Assembly: GCA_963813075.1 (NCBI GenBank)
Contig: CAWEXU010000013.1
Coordinates: 32,001 to 96,000, forward strand
Direction: 5' to 3'
From: Methanotrichaceae archaeon
GTDB taxonomy: Archaea > Halobacteriota > Methanosarcinia > Methanotrichales > Methanotrichaceae
Length of the DNA: 64,000 bases
Positions 11,778 through 20,327 of the stretch are shown here, one piece after another (within the stretch, counting starts at the first letter, position 1; each line of letters begins with the position of its first letter). A program made the translations under genes and the position numbers. The notes beneath the pieces are model-generated. The model did no database searches and had not been told where the DNA came from. It was given only the letters and a program-made list of their open reading frames with translations.

Positions 11778-11810
11778 TTGTCCATGTCTGAAGAGTCATG
11801 ACCATTCAAC
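11778..11810 (+). repeat. Solitary degenerate CRISPR repeat
   Basis: TTGTCCATGTCTGAAGAGTCATGACCATTCAAC aligns along the consensus; stem CATG.CT/AG.CATG kept. Confidence 0.65.
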
Positions 11811-12047
11811 GGCGAGCCTCGATTGTATCCAAGCCACCCCGGCGTTGAGGGGACCAGGGCATTAGCGCGGGAGGCCCGGAGGGCCGACTCGCGGCGTGCA
11901 CAAAAAAAATAGTCTGTGTAAATCAATCTTAGCCTTGATAACAGCCTAAATTCGAGAACTCAACTATGATGACATTCGAGATCTTTCGATCCTCATCAAA
12001 GCAGTTCAAACTTTTCGCCTAGGCCCGCCTGGCGAATTTTCCCTTTA
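11801..12047 (+). repeat. Dispersed ~240-bp element, copy A
   Basis: Shares GGCGTTGAGGGG, GCGTGCACAAAAAAA, TGTGTAAATCAATC, AGCCTTGATAACAGCC, AAAGCAGTTCAA and GGCCCGCCT blocks with copies B-E. Confidence 0.85.
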
Positions 12048-12065
12048 ATATATCTCAATGCCAAA

Positions 12066-12295
12066 ACCATCGACGGCTAATTCCGATCTATCTGGCTTTG
12101 AGGGGCCCCCTTTGCCTGCGTCCCGGTGGGCCGGCTCGCGGCGTGCACAAAAAAACAGTTTGTGTAAATCAATCTCAGCCTTGATAACAGCCCTGGATTC
12201 AAGAAATCGACTATAACGGTAGTCGAAATCCTTTCGAGCGTCATAAAAGCAGTTCAAGACTATGGCCTGGGCCCGCCTTGAGATTTTTCATTTAA
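12066..12295 (+). repeat. Dispersed ~240-bp element, copy B (tandem to A)
   Basis: Same conserved blocks in the same order and orientation as copy A. Confidence 0.85.
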
Positions 12296-12306
12296 TTGCG
12301 TTATGA

Positions 12307-12834
12307 TCAAGGCATCCCCAGGCGTTCCTTTATCGCCCTGATATCGGATTGCATCTGCTGGAAGTTCGAGACGTATCCAGGCTGGATGTCTTCCCTCATG
12401 CCCTTGATCTCCTCAAGGGTCGCATCAGTAGTTTTTCGCACTGCTCTGACCTCATCGAGGGTTGCGTCGGAAGTTTTCCGCACCGCCTTCAGATCATCTC
12501 TCATATCGAGGAGCAGCGGGATGGCCTTATCCAGTTGAACGAATGAGCAGAGCATGGCAACCTCGCTGGTTCGACCAACCTCGCCTTCGTAGGGCTCAGA
12601 GGTCACTTCAGTGACTTGAGCAAGCTCTGGCCTATCATTCTCAATCTTTTTGAGGAATGCTTTGATTCGAGCCTCATCCCCTTCTACCAGGGCAATCACT
12701 TGTTGCCTGCCGTCTCCTTCCCAGTTGTAGGTAGAAAGCCCTGGCAGGGCGGTGTTCATTGCGTTCTTGAGCAAGAACACCCGGTAGCCGACATCATGCA
12801 CCTTTGGACCGGCGAGAGTGATCTTGAGTTTCAT
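12307..12834 (-). CDS. Acylphosphatase-domain protein with C-terminal coiled coil
   Basis: GPKVHDVGYRVF acylphosphatase signature; internal duplication VRKTSDATLDEV / VRKTTDATLEEI. Confidence 0.8.
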   Translation of the reverse strand: MKLKITLAGPKVHDVGYRVFLLKNAMNTALPGLSTYNWEGDGRQQVIALVEGDEARIKAFLKKIENDRPELAQVTEVTSEPYEGEVGRTSEVAMLCSFVQLDKAIPLLLDMRDDLKAVRKTSDATLDEVRAVRKTTDATLEEIKGMREDIQPGYVSNFQQMQSDIRAIKERLGMP

Positions 12835-13069
12835 TTTCGATCCTTATGTCCTCCCTGATATGAAAGGATTTGGGTGTGATCTTCTGTCTCCTGCTGCAAA
12901 AGTACTTACGATTTTTCAGAACTGACATACGCATAAAAAATATGGTGCATCCGGCAAAAAGGTTTATCAACGGCGCATATATTCACCAGGGGGAGGTAAA
13001 TTGAGCTTTCTGCTAGTCGAAAGTGAATTTTGTTCTGATTATTTCTTAAATGTAGTTGGCCAGGCCTTC

Positions 13070-13250
13070 ATCTCTCTGGCGTTGAGGGCCCCCTTTGCCT
13101 GCAGCCCTGTGGGCCGACTGGCGGTGTCCCAAAAAAAGCGGCCTTGTGTAAATCAATTGGCCTTATTACAACATAGTGCTGAAACGCCCATGAGCCGGGG
13201 CAGGGGATCAAACGCGGCGGATAAAAATCGAGATGTTTCGACATCATGAT
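13070..13250 (+). repeat. Dispersed element, copy C (diverged 3' half)
   Basis: TCTGGCGTTGAGGGCCCCCTTTGCCTGC...GGGCCGAC...CAAAAAAA...TGTGTAAATCAAT..GCCTT matches copy B. Confidence 0.75.
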
Positions 13251-13342
13251 CTTGATTTACATGCGAAAAGACGCCGTCCTATTGGATTAAATTTTAAGGG
13301 ATACCAACACTTTAATACTATTGATTGCAGATAAAACTAAAG

Positions 13343-13621
13343 ATGAGTTCCAGGCCCTGGACCATAAAGCTGGATGAAAATGGCAGGATTCAGCTCCCAG
13401 CAGACTTGAGAGCCATGCTTAACATGAATCCCGGCGATGAGTTCATTATAGACGATGCTACAAGCGATATGATACTGCTTAAGAAAATGGATCTATCTGC
13501 TATAATGAAGGGAATAATAGAAGAAGCCAGGAATGTGGATCTCGATAAGCTTGAAGGGGAGATCGAGGAAGAGGGCAATAGGATTGCACGAGAGAAGTAC
13601 AAGATTTTTGCTGGACACTAA
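13343..13621 (+). CDS. AbrB/MazE/SpoVT-family antitoxin
   Basis: IKLDENGRIQLPADLRAMLNMNPGDEF swapped-hairpin motif; overlaps the PIN gene. Confidence 0.85.
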   Translation: MSSRPWTIKLDENGRIQLPADLRAMLNMNPGDEFIIDDATSDMILLKKMDLSAIMKGIIEEARNVDLDKLEGEIEEEGNRIAREKYKIFAGH

Positions 13622-13946
13622 TGTTTTCATCGCTGCCATAAGACGGGGATGGACGAGGTCAAATGATCTGGTTATAGAAAATACGCTAATGAATTTGGCG
13701 GTTTTGGCCAGATCTTGTTTTATCGTCTCCAGCAGAAGGTTGAGGTCTTGGAGTTATTGGATGACGATATCGCCAGATGCCAGCCGTTTTTTCCCAGAAG
13801 GCCAGGAGGCTGATGTCCTTCATGCAGCCACATGTTTGGGCGCAGGTGGAATCCTGATCTCAAACGACAAGCATTTTGAGAGGATTAGCAACGCCGGAAT
13901 TGTTGAAGTATGGACGACTTCCGAAGCAATAAAAAGAATTATCTAG
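13584..13946 (+). CDS. PIN-domain (VapC-like) toxin, centre apparently deleted or frameshifted; start approximate
   Basis: RFLLDTNVFIAA, ADVLHAATCL, LISNDKHF motifs; the central part is short and reads poorly. Confidence 0.7.
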   Translation: MHERSTRFLLDTNVFIAAIRRGWTRSNDLVIENTLMNLAVLARSCFIVSSRRLRSWSYWMTISPDASRFFPEGQEADVLHAATCLGAGGILISNDKHFERISNAGIVEVWTTSEAIKRII

Positions 13947-14000
13947 GATGGGGAAAATAAATCTCGAAATAAGGGAATGACTAAATAAATAATCACAAGA

Positions 14001-14030
14001 ATCCCCATGTCTGAAAAGACGTGCACCATC
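14001..14030 (+). repeat. Solitary partial CRISPR repeat
   Basis: CCATGTCTGAAAAGACGTG is an exact 19-nt match to the array repeat core, about 55 nt after the vapC stop. Confidence 0.85.
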
Positions 14031-14151
14031 CCGCCCGGAGAATTCAATCATGATTATAAAACAGTTGACATTCGGTCTTGCATATGGATATGAATTTTCA
14101 CGCTGACTTTTCATTCCACATACAATTAATATTCATATTGTTACATCTCAT

Positions 14152-14327
14152 ACCATCAACGGCCAGCCTCGTTTGTATCCAAGCCTCCCCGGCGTTGAGG
14201 GGGGCCCAGGGCATTAGCGCGGGAGGGCCGGAGGCCCGACTCGTGACGTACACAAAAAAAAACAATCTGTGCAATTAAAATTAGCCTTGATAACAGCCTG
14301 GATTCAAGAATTCGAATATGATGACAT
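14152..14327 (+). repeat. Dispersed element, copy D (3' truncated)
   Basis: Close match to copy A from ACCATCAACGGC to ATGATGACAT. Confidence 0.85.
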
Positions 14328-14474
14328 GATTGTTATATAAAATACACAGAATATGCGTTTATCACGTCGAGATTTGACAAGCAAAAAAATAAAATGGCCG
14401 GACTTTCAAGGACGCTGCTCTCCATCTCGGCCTCTATTGGGGTCGTAGTTGTCTCCACCAGGCTCCGTTTTTGC

Positions 14475-15968
14475 CTACCCTGCCTGAGTCTTCGGATCAA
14501 ACTTTATGGCTCTATCATACACTATCTCCGAGTAAGATGGCCCGGTCTTTGTAGCCTTTTCCAGGTACATCCTCCAGAAAATCATAAGAGGCTGATCCAG
14601 AGCTATGCCGTAGGCCCCAGGACCGGTGGGAACCTCAAGGCAATTCAGATCGCCATTGCAATTCCTGGCAATCTTGTAGACATAGAGGTATTTCGCGTTG
14701 GGATTGTCAGGGAGGTAATCCTCGGCAGTTCCATTGAAATTCGCATCGTGGACTGTCCCAACACCATTCCAACCAGCTGCGCCGTATATGGTAGCACTTG
14801 AATATGTTGTCTTTTCTGTGGCTACATGGTTGACACCGTAGATGATTATGAACTCATTTGGATCGCTTCCCAAAGTAACTGTGGGATGCGGTTGGAAATC
14901 ATAGTATTTCGAGAGATCAGGGAATGAAGGTGTCGGCGAATAGGTAGTTAGGTTTGATGTCCATAGGTAGCATGCATCGTTGTCTGGCCCCATGGCATTG
15001 ATTCCCCTCTGAATTCCATCTGAAGGGACTAGCATACTTGTTGGAAGTTCTGTAGCACTCAAATTGCTATATGTATTGAGAATCTCCTTCTTCAACTCTT
15101 CTAGATCATCCATAAGGTCAAACTCTGTAGTTCCCGTCCCGCGGACTCTTAGCTTTGGGAAATCATACGGATCCAGTTTCGTAGTTAGGTTGGGAGTAAC
15201 TCGGAAAACAATCGCTGGTGTGTTATTGAGGTAGTCATCGCCCGCCTGTTCGTCTTTGTAGAAAGCTGGACGCATGGCGATAAGAAATTTGTCAGAGTTA
15301 TTTTCTACGCCCAAATTCAGCATTGATGATGGAAGCACCTGGGTGTTGAACAAGTTGTCTGGATATCCTGCTGATATTGCAGCCGCCCGGATGCGTTGAT
15401 CGATGCCCCTGTCGGCCGTAGCGACTATCACCGTGGTTTGATTGAATGGATTTCCGGCCGCTCCATTTGGCGTTCCTTCAGTATTGATAACTAGATTATT
15501 CACAGTGTCGCCTAAGTTGGAGAAAATCCATCTGGTCTCATTTCCATAGGTCCTTTCCACCAGTTGTAGATCGAAGCTGAAGTATCTGCACTCTGGGGGT
15601 GTCCTTCCCACGAATACAACGGCTTCATCAGGACCAAGATTCCAGAAAGCAGATGCGTTCAGGTCTATTCCAAGAGTTGCGGCAATTTTTGCAATCTCTT
15701 CAGGCAACTTCTGGCCAGGTGCCGGTGGGACAAAATATGTCAGGTATTTTGTGCTGGGGTTGTTTCCAAGTGCATTAGGCAGCACTCGCAAATCATATAA
15801 CTTGATGACATCAAAAAAACCTACCGTGCCTTGCTGCACTGTGAATCCATCTTTTTCTAAAGCTTGTTGGAAGGAATTCACATCACCTATTTTCGGATCT
15901 TGTGCGAGGCCAGTTCCTATTAACACGGCCAACACAAATCCAAGAGTCATATAGCGTTTCAGTTTCAT
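14475..15968 (-). CDS. Secreted hypothetical protein (497 aa)
   Basis: Signal peptide MKLKRYMTLGFVLAVLIGTGLA; long intact ORF with several N-x-S/T sequons. Confidence 0.8.
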   Translation of the reverse strand: MKLKRYMTLGFVLAVLIGTGLAQDPKIGDVNSFQQALEKDGFTVQQGTVGFFDVIKLYDLRVLPNALGNNPSTKYLTYFVPPAPGQKLPEEIAKIAATLGIDLNASAFWNLGPDEAVVFVGRTPPECRYFSFDLQLVERTYGNETRWIFSNLGDTVNNLVINTEGTPNGAAGNPFNQTTVIVATADRGIDQRIRAAAISAGYPDNLFNTQVLPSSMLNLGVENNSDKFLIAMRPAFYKDEQAGDDYLNNTPAIVFRVTPNLTTKLDPYDFPKLRVRGTGTTEFDLMDDLEELKKEILNTYSNLSATELPTSMLVPSDGIQRGINAMGPDNDACYLWTSNLTTYSPTPSFPDLSKYYDFQPHPTVTLGSDPNEFIIIYGVNHVATEKTTYSSATIYGAAGWNGVGTVHDANFNGTAEDYLPDNPNAKYLYVYKIARNCNGDLNCLEVPTGPGAYGIALDQPLMIFWRMYLEKATKTGPSYSEIVYDRAIKFDPKTQAG

Positions 15969-16384
15969 ATACTAGAATCCTCCTTACCACAGGTTTGCTA
16001 TAATTATTATCTATGCACTATCTATTAAAAACTTTGGTTAAAATACAGATCTCTTGGGTAGAATAATTTTGGATCGTGAGTTGGAAGGCCAAGCAGATAA
16101 AAGAACTAATAGTGCGTATCATTTGGCAACGGTAGGAGCTGACAACACGGACGGGAGGCGCGGGCTGCGCTTGGAGATCAATAAGGCCGCTTGTTTTAGC
16201 CCGCCGGGCGCATATTTGTCTAATTATTAAACTCTGAGGGCTTCTTCCGAAATCTACCAGTACAACGGATGAGATCCTGCCAGACTCTGATTGGACGAGA
16301 TGTACAAAGTGATAACCTTTGAGCCTCATTCAGATTAGCCGCAAGACCAAGACTCATGCCACCAGTCTACCTCTGCCGCCAAGT

Positions 16385-16516
16385 AGTATCCAGTCCTCCC
16401 CGGCATTGAGGGGGCCCAGGGCATTACCGCAATTTTTCTGATATTCGGCATCCTTCGAGCCTCATAAAAGCAGTCCATCCTTCAGCCGGGCCCGCCTGAC
16501 GAATTTTCGCTTTTAA
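16385..16516 (+). repeat. Dispersed element, copy E (internally deleted)
   Basis: 5' block GTATCC..CCTCCCCGGCATTGAGGGGGCCCAGGGCATTA joined almost directly to 3' block TCATAAAAGCAGT...GGCCCGCCTGACGAATTTTC. Confidence 0.8.
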
Positions 16517-16570
16517 CAAGAAAGAATATATCAAAGAAATGCCGATGTTCTGTGGCGAGGACGGTTAGCG

Positions 16571-17815
16571 TTGGCGGACAAAAGCCAGAAATCAGCGAGC
16601 CCAAGACAGATCCCTGCCACACAGATCCTGGCGGAGATAGAGCAGGGCGTGCCCGCGGAGCACAATGAGGTTCAGATCAAGGGCGACCTGATCATCGGTT
16701 ATGCCAACCTGCCGGTCGTTGAGGGGAAGCTTCGTGTCAGCTCTCCCATAAAGATAACCAACTGCCAATTCGAGGGAAAAGTGATCCTGGCACGGACCAT
16801 ATTCCTGGATTCGGTCGACCTCAGGGGATCGACATTTCATCAGCAGGCCAGTTTTAGCGGTTCCGTCTTCAAGTCGATTGCTGACTTGGGAAATGCCCGC
16901 TTTAGGGGTGAGGTCAGTTTCAACAAAAGCCAGTTTGAGGATGAGGCCAGCTTCAACCGGGCGGTCTTCGAAGAGAAAGCATTCTTCAGCAAATCGCTCT
17001 TCAAAAAGGAGTCCTACTTCAGAAAATCCGTATTCCAGGATGATTTGAGCTTCAACCGCTGCCAGTTTGAGGGGGATGCCTATTTCAAGGGCTCGGAGTT
17101 TCATAAAAAGGCCTTGTTCAGAAAGGCCAATTTCATTCACGATGCCGACTTCAGCCGCTCCCGCTTTATAGGAGAGGCAAACTTCGAATCCGCCCGCCTT
17201 TTGGGCGATGCATTCTTCACCGACGCCTCCTTTGAGGACGGGCTGGTCCTCACCCGGACCAAATATGAGAAGCTGTACATCCGCTGGAAGAGCTTAACCC
17301 GTCCAAAGTATCCATTCCCGTACCTGGAGCGCCTGGAGAGGATAAGCAAGCTGAAATTCGACAATAGCGATGGCGAGACCGCATACTTGCTCTTGATAGA
17401 CAACTTCAAAAAGCTGGGCTTCTTCGAGGACGCCGACGACTGCTACTATCACTACCGAAATGTGCGCCGTCAGAACCTGCCCGCACACTACCGGCCCATC
17501 GACTGGATACTGATGGCCTCCTATGGCTACGGCGTCCGCCCGGTCCGTCCCCTGGTTCTTTCCGCAAGCTTCTTCCTGGCTTTCGCCCTCTTTTATGCCG
17601 CCTTTGGAGGTTTCTTCAGCCCCGCTGGGGCCCCAAGCCCGGCCGAGGCGGCAAACCTCAGCCTTACCCTCCTTCTCTCCGGCTCCAAGCTCATCTCCGA
17701 TCCCAACGCTGCCGCCACAGGGGCTCTATACTTCATCTACACTTCTGAGAAGCTGATCGGCTCGTTCTTCTTTGCCCTGTTTCTGATCTCAGTGGGCAGG
17801 ACGATAATCAGATAA
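16571..17815 (+). CDS. Pentapeptide-repeat protein with C-terminal membrane domain
   Basis: Repeated A-x-F-x-x-S/A-x-F units; ADDCYY and YGYGVRP motifs followed by hydrophobic helices. Confidence 0.85.
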   Translation: MADKSQKSASPRQIPATQILAEIEQGVPAEHNEVQIKGDLIIGYANLPVVEGKLRVSSPIKITNCQFEGKVILARTIFLDSVDLRGSTFHQQASFSGSVFKSIADLGNARFRGEVSFNKSQFEDEASFNRAVFEEKAFFSKSLFKKESYFRKSVFQDDLSFNRCQFEGDAYFKGSEFHKKALFRKANFIHDADFSRSRFIGEANFESARLLGDAFFTDASFEDGLVLTRTKYEKLYIRWKSLTRPKYPFPYLERLERISKLKFDNSDGETAYLLLIDNFKKLGFFEDADDCYYHYRNVRRQNLPAHYRPIDWILMASYGYGVRPVRPLVLSASFFLAFALFYAAFGGFFSPAGAPSPAEAANLSLTLLLSGSKLISDPNAAATGALYFIYTSEKLIGSFFFALFLISVGRTIIR

Positions 17816-17870
17816 GCTCACCAAAATAATCACCCATCAAGATCATCTTTCATTAAGATCATCTCTCATT

Positions 17871-18665
17871 TCACGGCCCGGGATCGGTCAGCCCCTGATG
17901 CTCGGGGCAATAGTAGCTCGTCCGCCCGCCAAGCTTCTCGTGATAGAGAAGTGCTCCGTCTCTGGGGCAGCGACCGCCAGGATGGCGGTGGCGGAGGAGA
18001 TAGGAATCGGGCAGGCGGTCGAAATCCGCCCGGACGGAGATCGAGGTCCTCAGAACCTGCTGGATAATTGAGAAGAGGCGAGCTAGCTGCACCTCATCCA
18101 GGCTCCGGGAGCGGGGATGAATGCCGGCCTGAAACAGGGCCTCATCAGCATAGAGGTTCCCGATGCCAGAGATCAGCCTCTGGTTGAGCAGCAGGGACTT
18201 TATATTTCCCTTCCTTCCGTGCATGATCCTTAAAAATTCATCCCGCTCCACCAGCAGGGCATCGGGCCCCGTCTTTCCCTCTGCGAGGAAGGCGGCGGGG
18301 CTTTCTGTGAGACCCGCCTCCCCAAAGATGCGAAGATCGTCAAAGGCCAAACGGCAGCCGTTCTGAAACCGGATCAGCAGTCTGATGTGAGCGGGCTCTG
18401 CCTCATCCATATCCAGATAGATCAGCTTTCCCGTCATTCCCAGGTGAATTGTGAGCCACAGATCCTCCTCAAGCTCCAAAAAGAGCCTCTTTCCATACCT
18501 GTAAACCGATCGGAAGACCTTTCCTGCCAGGCATCGGCCAAGCTGGGCAGAAGTTGTCCGGCAGAGGATACGCTCGTCCATAACCCGCACCTCTTCTATG
18601 GGCTGAGCAAGAACTGTGGCCTCCAGATACTCTCTGGCCGATTCTACCTCAGGAAGTTCGGGCAT
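17871..18665 (-). CDS. mutM: Formamidopyrimidine-DNA glycosylase (Fpg/Nei family)
   Basis: MPELPEVE start, HLGMTG, GIGNLYADE H2TH motif, C-terminal zinc finger. Confidence 0.93.
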   Translation of the reverse strand: MPELPEVESAREYLEATVLAQPIEEVRVMDERILCRTTSAQLGRCLAGKVFRSVYRYGKRLFLELEEDLWLTIHLGMTGKLIYLDMDEAEPAHIRLLIRFQNGCRLAFDDLRIFGEAGLTESPAAFLAEGKTGPDALLVERDEFLRIMHGRKGNIKSLLLNQRLISGIGNLYADEALFQAGIHPRSRSLDEVQLARLFSIIQQVLRTSISVRADFDRLPDSYLLRHRHPGGRCPRDGALLYHEKLGGRTSYYCPEHQGLTDPGP

Positions 18666-18773
18666 GGAATTCATCCGTTTTTGTGGTGCAATGTGCCTTG
18701 GGCAGGGCAGTATACTTGGAGAAACAACTTAACATAAATACCTCCGCCTGCATATAAGGCAGTGGAAGATTGA

Positions 18774-19658
18774 TTGATTGTGTTGGCAGCAAAAGGCGTG
18801 AGCATGAGCGACACTATGGCCGAAGAGGCATATGTTTTCACGGAGACGGACAAGACCAAATCCAAATGGGTGGCCAGGGTCTACCAGGATTTTCTGCGCA
18901 GTACCGGCCGGCCCAAGACCACGTTGAGGGGGCTCTTTTATCATGCCCTGCAGATGAAGAATTCAGAATATCCGATCTGCGGGGGATTTGTGGGCGAGAT
19001 CAGGATCATGAGGCCCTACCACGAGCAGGATGGACCAAAGCTCTTAAAGTGGGCGCGCAAATCCAAAGCGATGGGATTCGTCCCTCCGGAGGCCATAATC
19101 GAGGAGACCTCTGGCGAGGGCAGCTTTCTGCCGGTGGAGGTGCAGAAGAAAGATCATATGAGTTCGCTCCCGGCCATCGAGGTCTGGCTTAATAAGCCCT
19201 CCCTCTCTACGCTTCTCATCCCCGTATGCAAAAAGCGTGGCATCGCTCTTATCTGGTTTGACCACCGTCCCTCTCAGGAGGCCATAGCCAGTCTATTCGC
19301 CCGCGCCTCTGCCCAGACCACCATTCTCACCCTTTCCGACCTGGACCGGAAGAGCGCCTTCTTCGCCCAGGAGCTGGCGGAGCAGATCGAGGGCTCATGG
19401 CCCGGGGGCTCCGGCGCTAGGATTGAGGTGAAATCGATCGGCCTCGTGCCCGAGCAAATCGGAGATCTCAAGATTCCTCTGGTGCGGGGCGATAGAGGCC
19501 AAAAGGAGGAAGAGGAACGCTACGGAAGATATCTGAAAAAATTCATCATTGATCCGAGAAAGATGGCCGAACTGGATGCCCTTGAGGTCTATTATCCCGG
19601 TGGAGTTGCCGCTTTTCTGAGTGATGCCCTGTCCAAATATCTGCATAGCGATTTCTGA
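18774..19658 (+). CDS. Hypothetical protein with Spo11/TopoVI-A-like WH-TOPRIM features
   Basis: TLRGLFY, IEVWLNK, ILTLSDLD, SIGLVPEQ, AELDAL motifs. Confidence 0.55.
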   Translation: MIVLAAKGVSMSDTMAEEAYVFTETDKTKSKWVARVYQDFLRSTGRPKTTLRGLFYHALQMKNSEYPICGGFVGEIRIMRPYHEQDGPKLLKWARKSKAMGFVPPEAIIEETSGEGSFLPVEVQKKDHMSSLPAIEVWLNKPSLSTLLIPVCKKRGIALIWFDHRPSQEAIASLFARASAQTTILTLSDLDRKSAFFAQELAEQIEGSWPGGSGARIEVKSIGLVPEQIGDLKIPLVRGDRGQKEEEERYGRYLKKFIIDPRKMAELDALEVYYPGGVAAFLSDALSKYLHSDF

Positions 19659-19781
19659 CTTTTTCCCGCCGCACTGAAGCCGCACTAATTGTCCCCCCAT
19701 GCCATCCTCCCTTTGCCTTTCCCTTCCGTTCAGTTCGGGCGCGGAAAGTATTATAATAGTCGGATTCGCTCTTGAACTGAT

Positions 19782-20255
19782 ATGACAGAAGTTCCGGATA
19801 TCCCTCTGGATCAGATCCAGCAGCGAGTGGTGGCCATGTGGATGGGAAGCTTTTATGGCAGCAGCGGCTACGTGGCCCGGAAGCTAGGCAAAAAGGGCCT
19901 GAGGGAGTTTCAGGATATCGGAGCCCGCCAGGTTGCGGCCACCTTCAAGCAGCTGGGTCTGGACGAGCCGGCGAGCGCGGCCATGGCCATGGCCACCAAT
20001 GACAAAAACCTCTTCGGTAGCCAGGTAGAGGTGGCAGAAGGGGACGGCTTTGTGGAGATCAGACGGATTCGCTGCGGCCAGATGGAAGGGGCCAAGTCCT
20101 TTGCCCGGGTGGGGGCGAGCCTTATTGCCAAAGAGCACTGCAAGACCTGCATCGAATCCCACTGGCAGAGGGTGTTCTCTGAACTGAAGATGAAGCTGGA
20201 GGTCGAGCACACCGATGAGGGATGCATAATGAGAATATCAAAGCAGGAAGCTTGA
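19782..20255 (+). CDS. Hypothetical protein (Cys-containing, V4R-like fold possible)
   Basis: Intact 157-aa ORF with spaced Cys residues; TATA-like TATTATAA upstream. Confidence 0.7.
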   Translation: MTEVPDIPLDQIQQRVVAMWMGSFYGSSGYVARKLGKKGLREFQDIGARQVAATFKQLGLDEPASAAMAMATNDKNLFGSQVEVAEGDGFVEIRRIRCGQMEGAKSFARVGASLIAKEHCKTCIESHWQRVFSELKMKLEVEHTDEGCIMRISKQEA

Positions 20256-20327
20256 AAATAGCATGTCGGTTAGAACTCCTGTCTAAGACAGCTTTGAAGA
20301 TGTCTTGATGTGTTATTATCAGGCAGC

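Noticed and set aside
13255..13288. Highly degenerate repeat-like sequence before the TA operon, as a confident feature
   Set aside because: Only GAAAAGACG is exact and the hairpin is lost; used only as weak support in a finding.
11744..14278. Short ORFs 11744-11926, 12045-12257, 13001-13249 and 14078-14278
   Set aside because: They overlap the dispersed element; frames are not conserved between copies (A-tract length differs), so they are likely non-coding.
11801..16516. Dispersed element as a classical MITE or canonical attC
   Set aside because: No terminal inverted repeats, target duplications or RYYYAAC...GTTRRRY ends recognised, and no integrase in the window.
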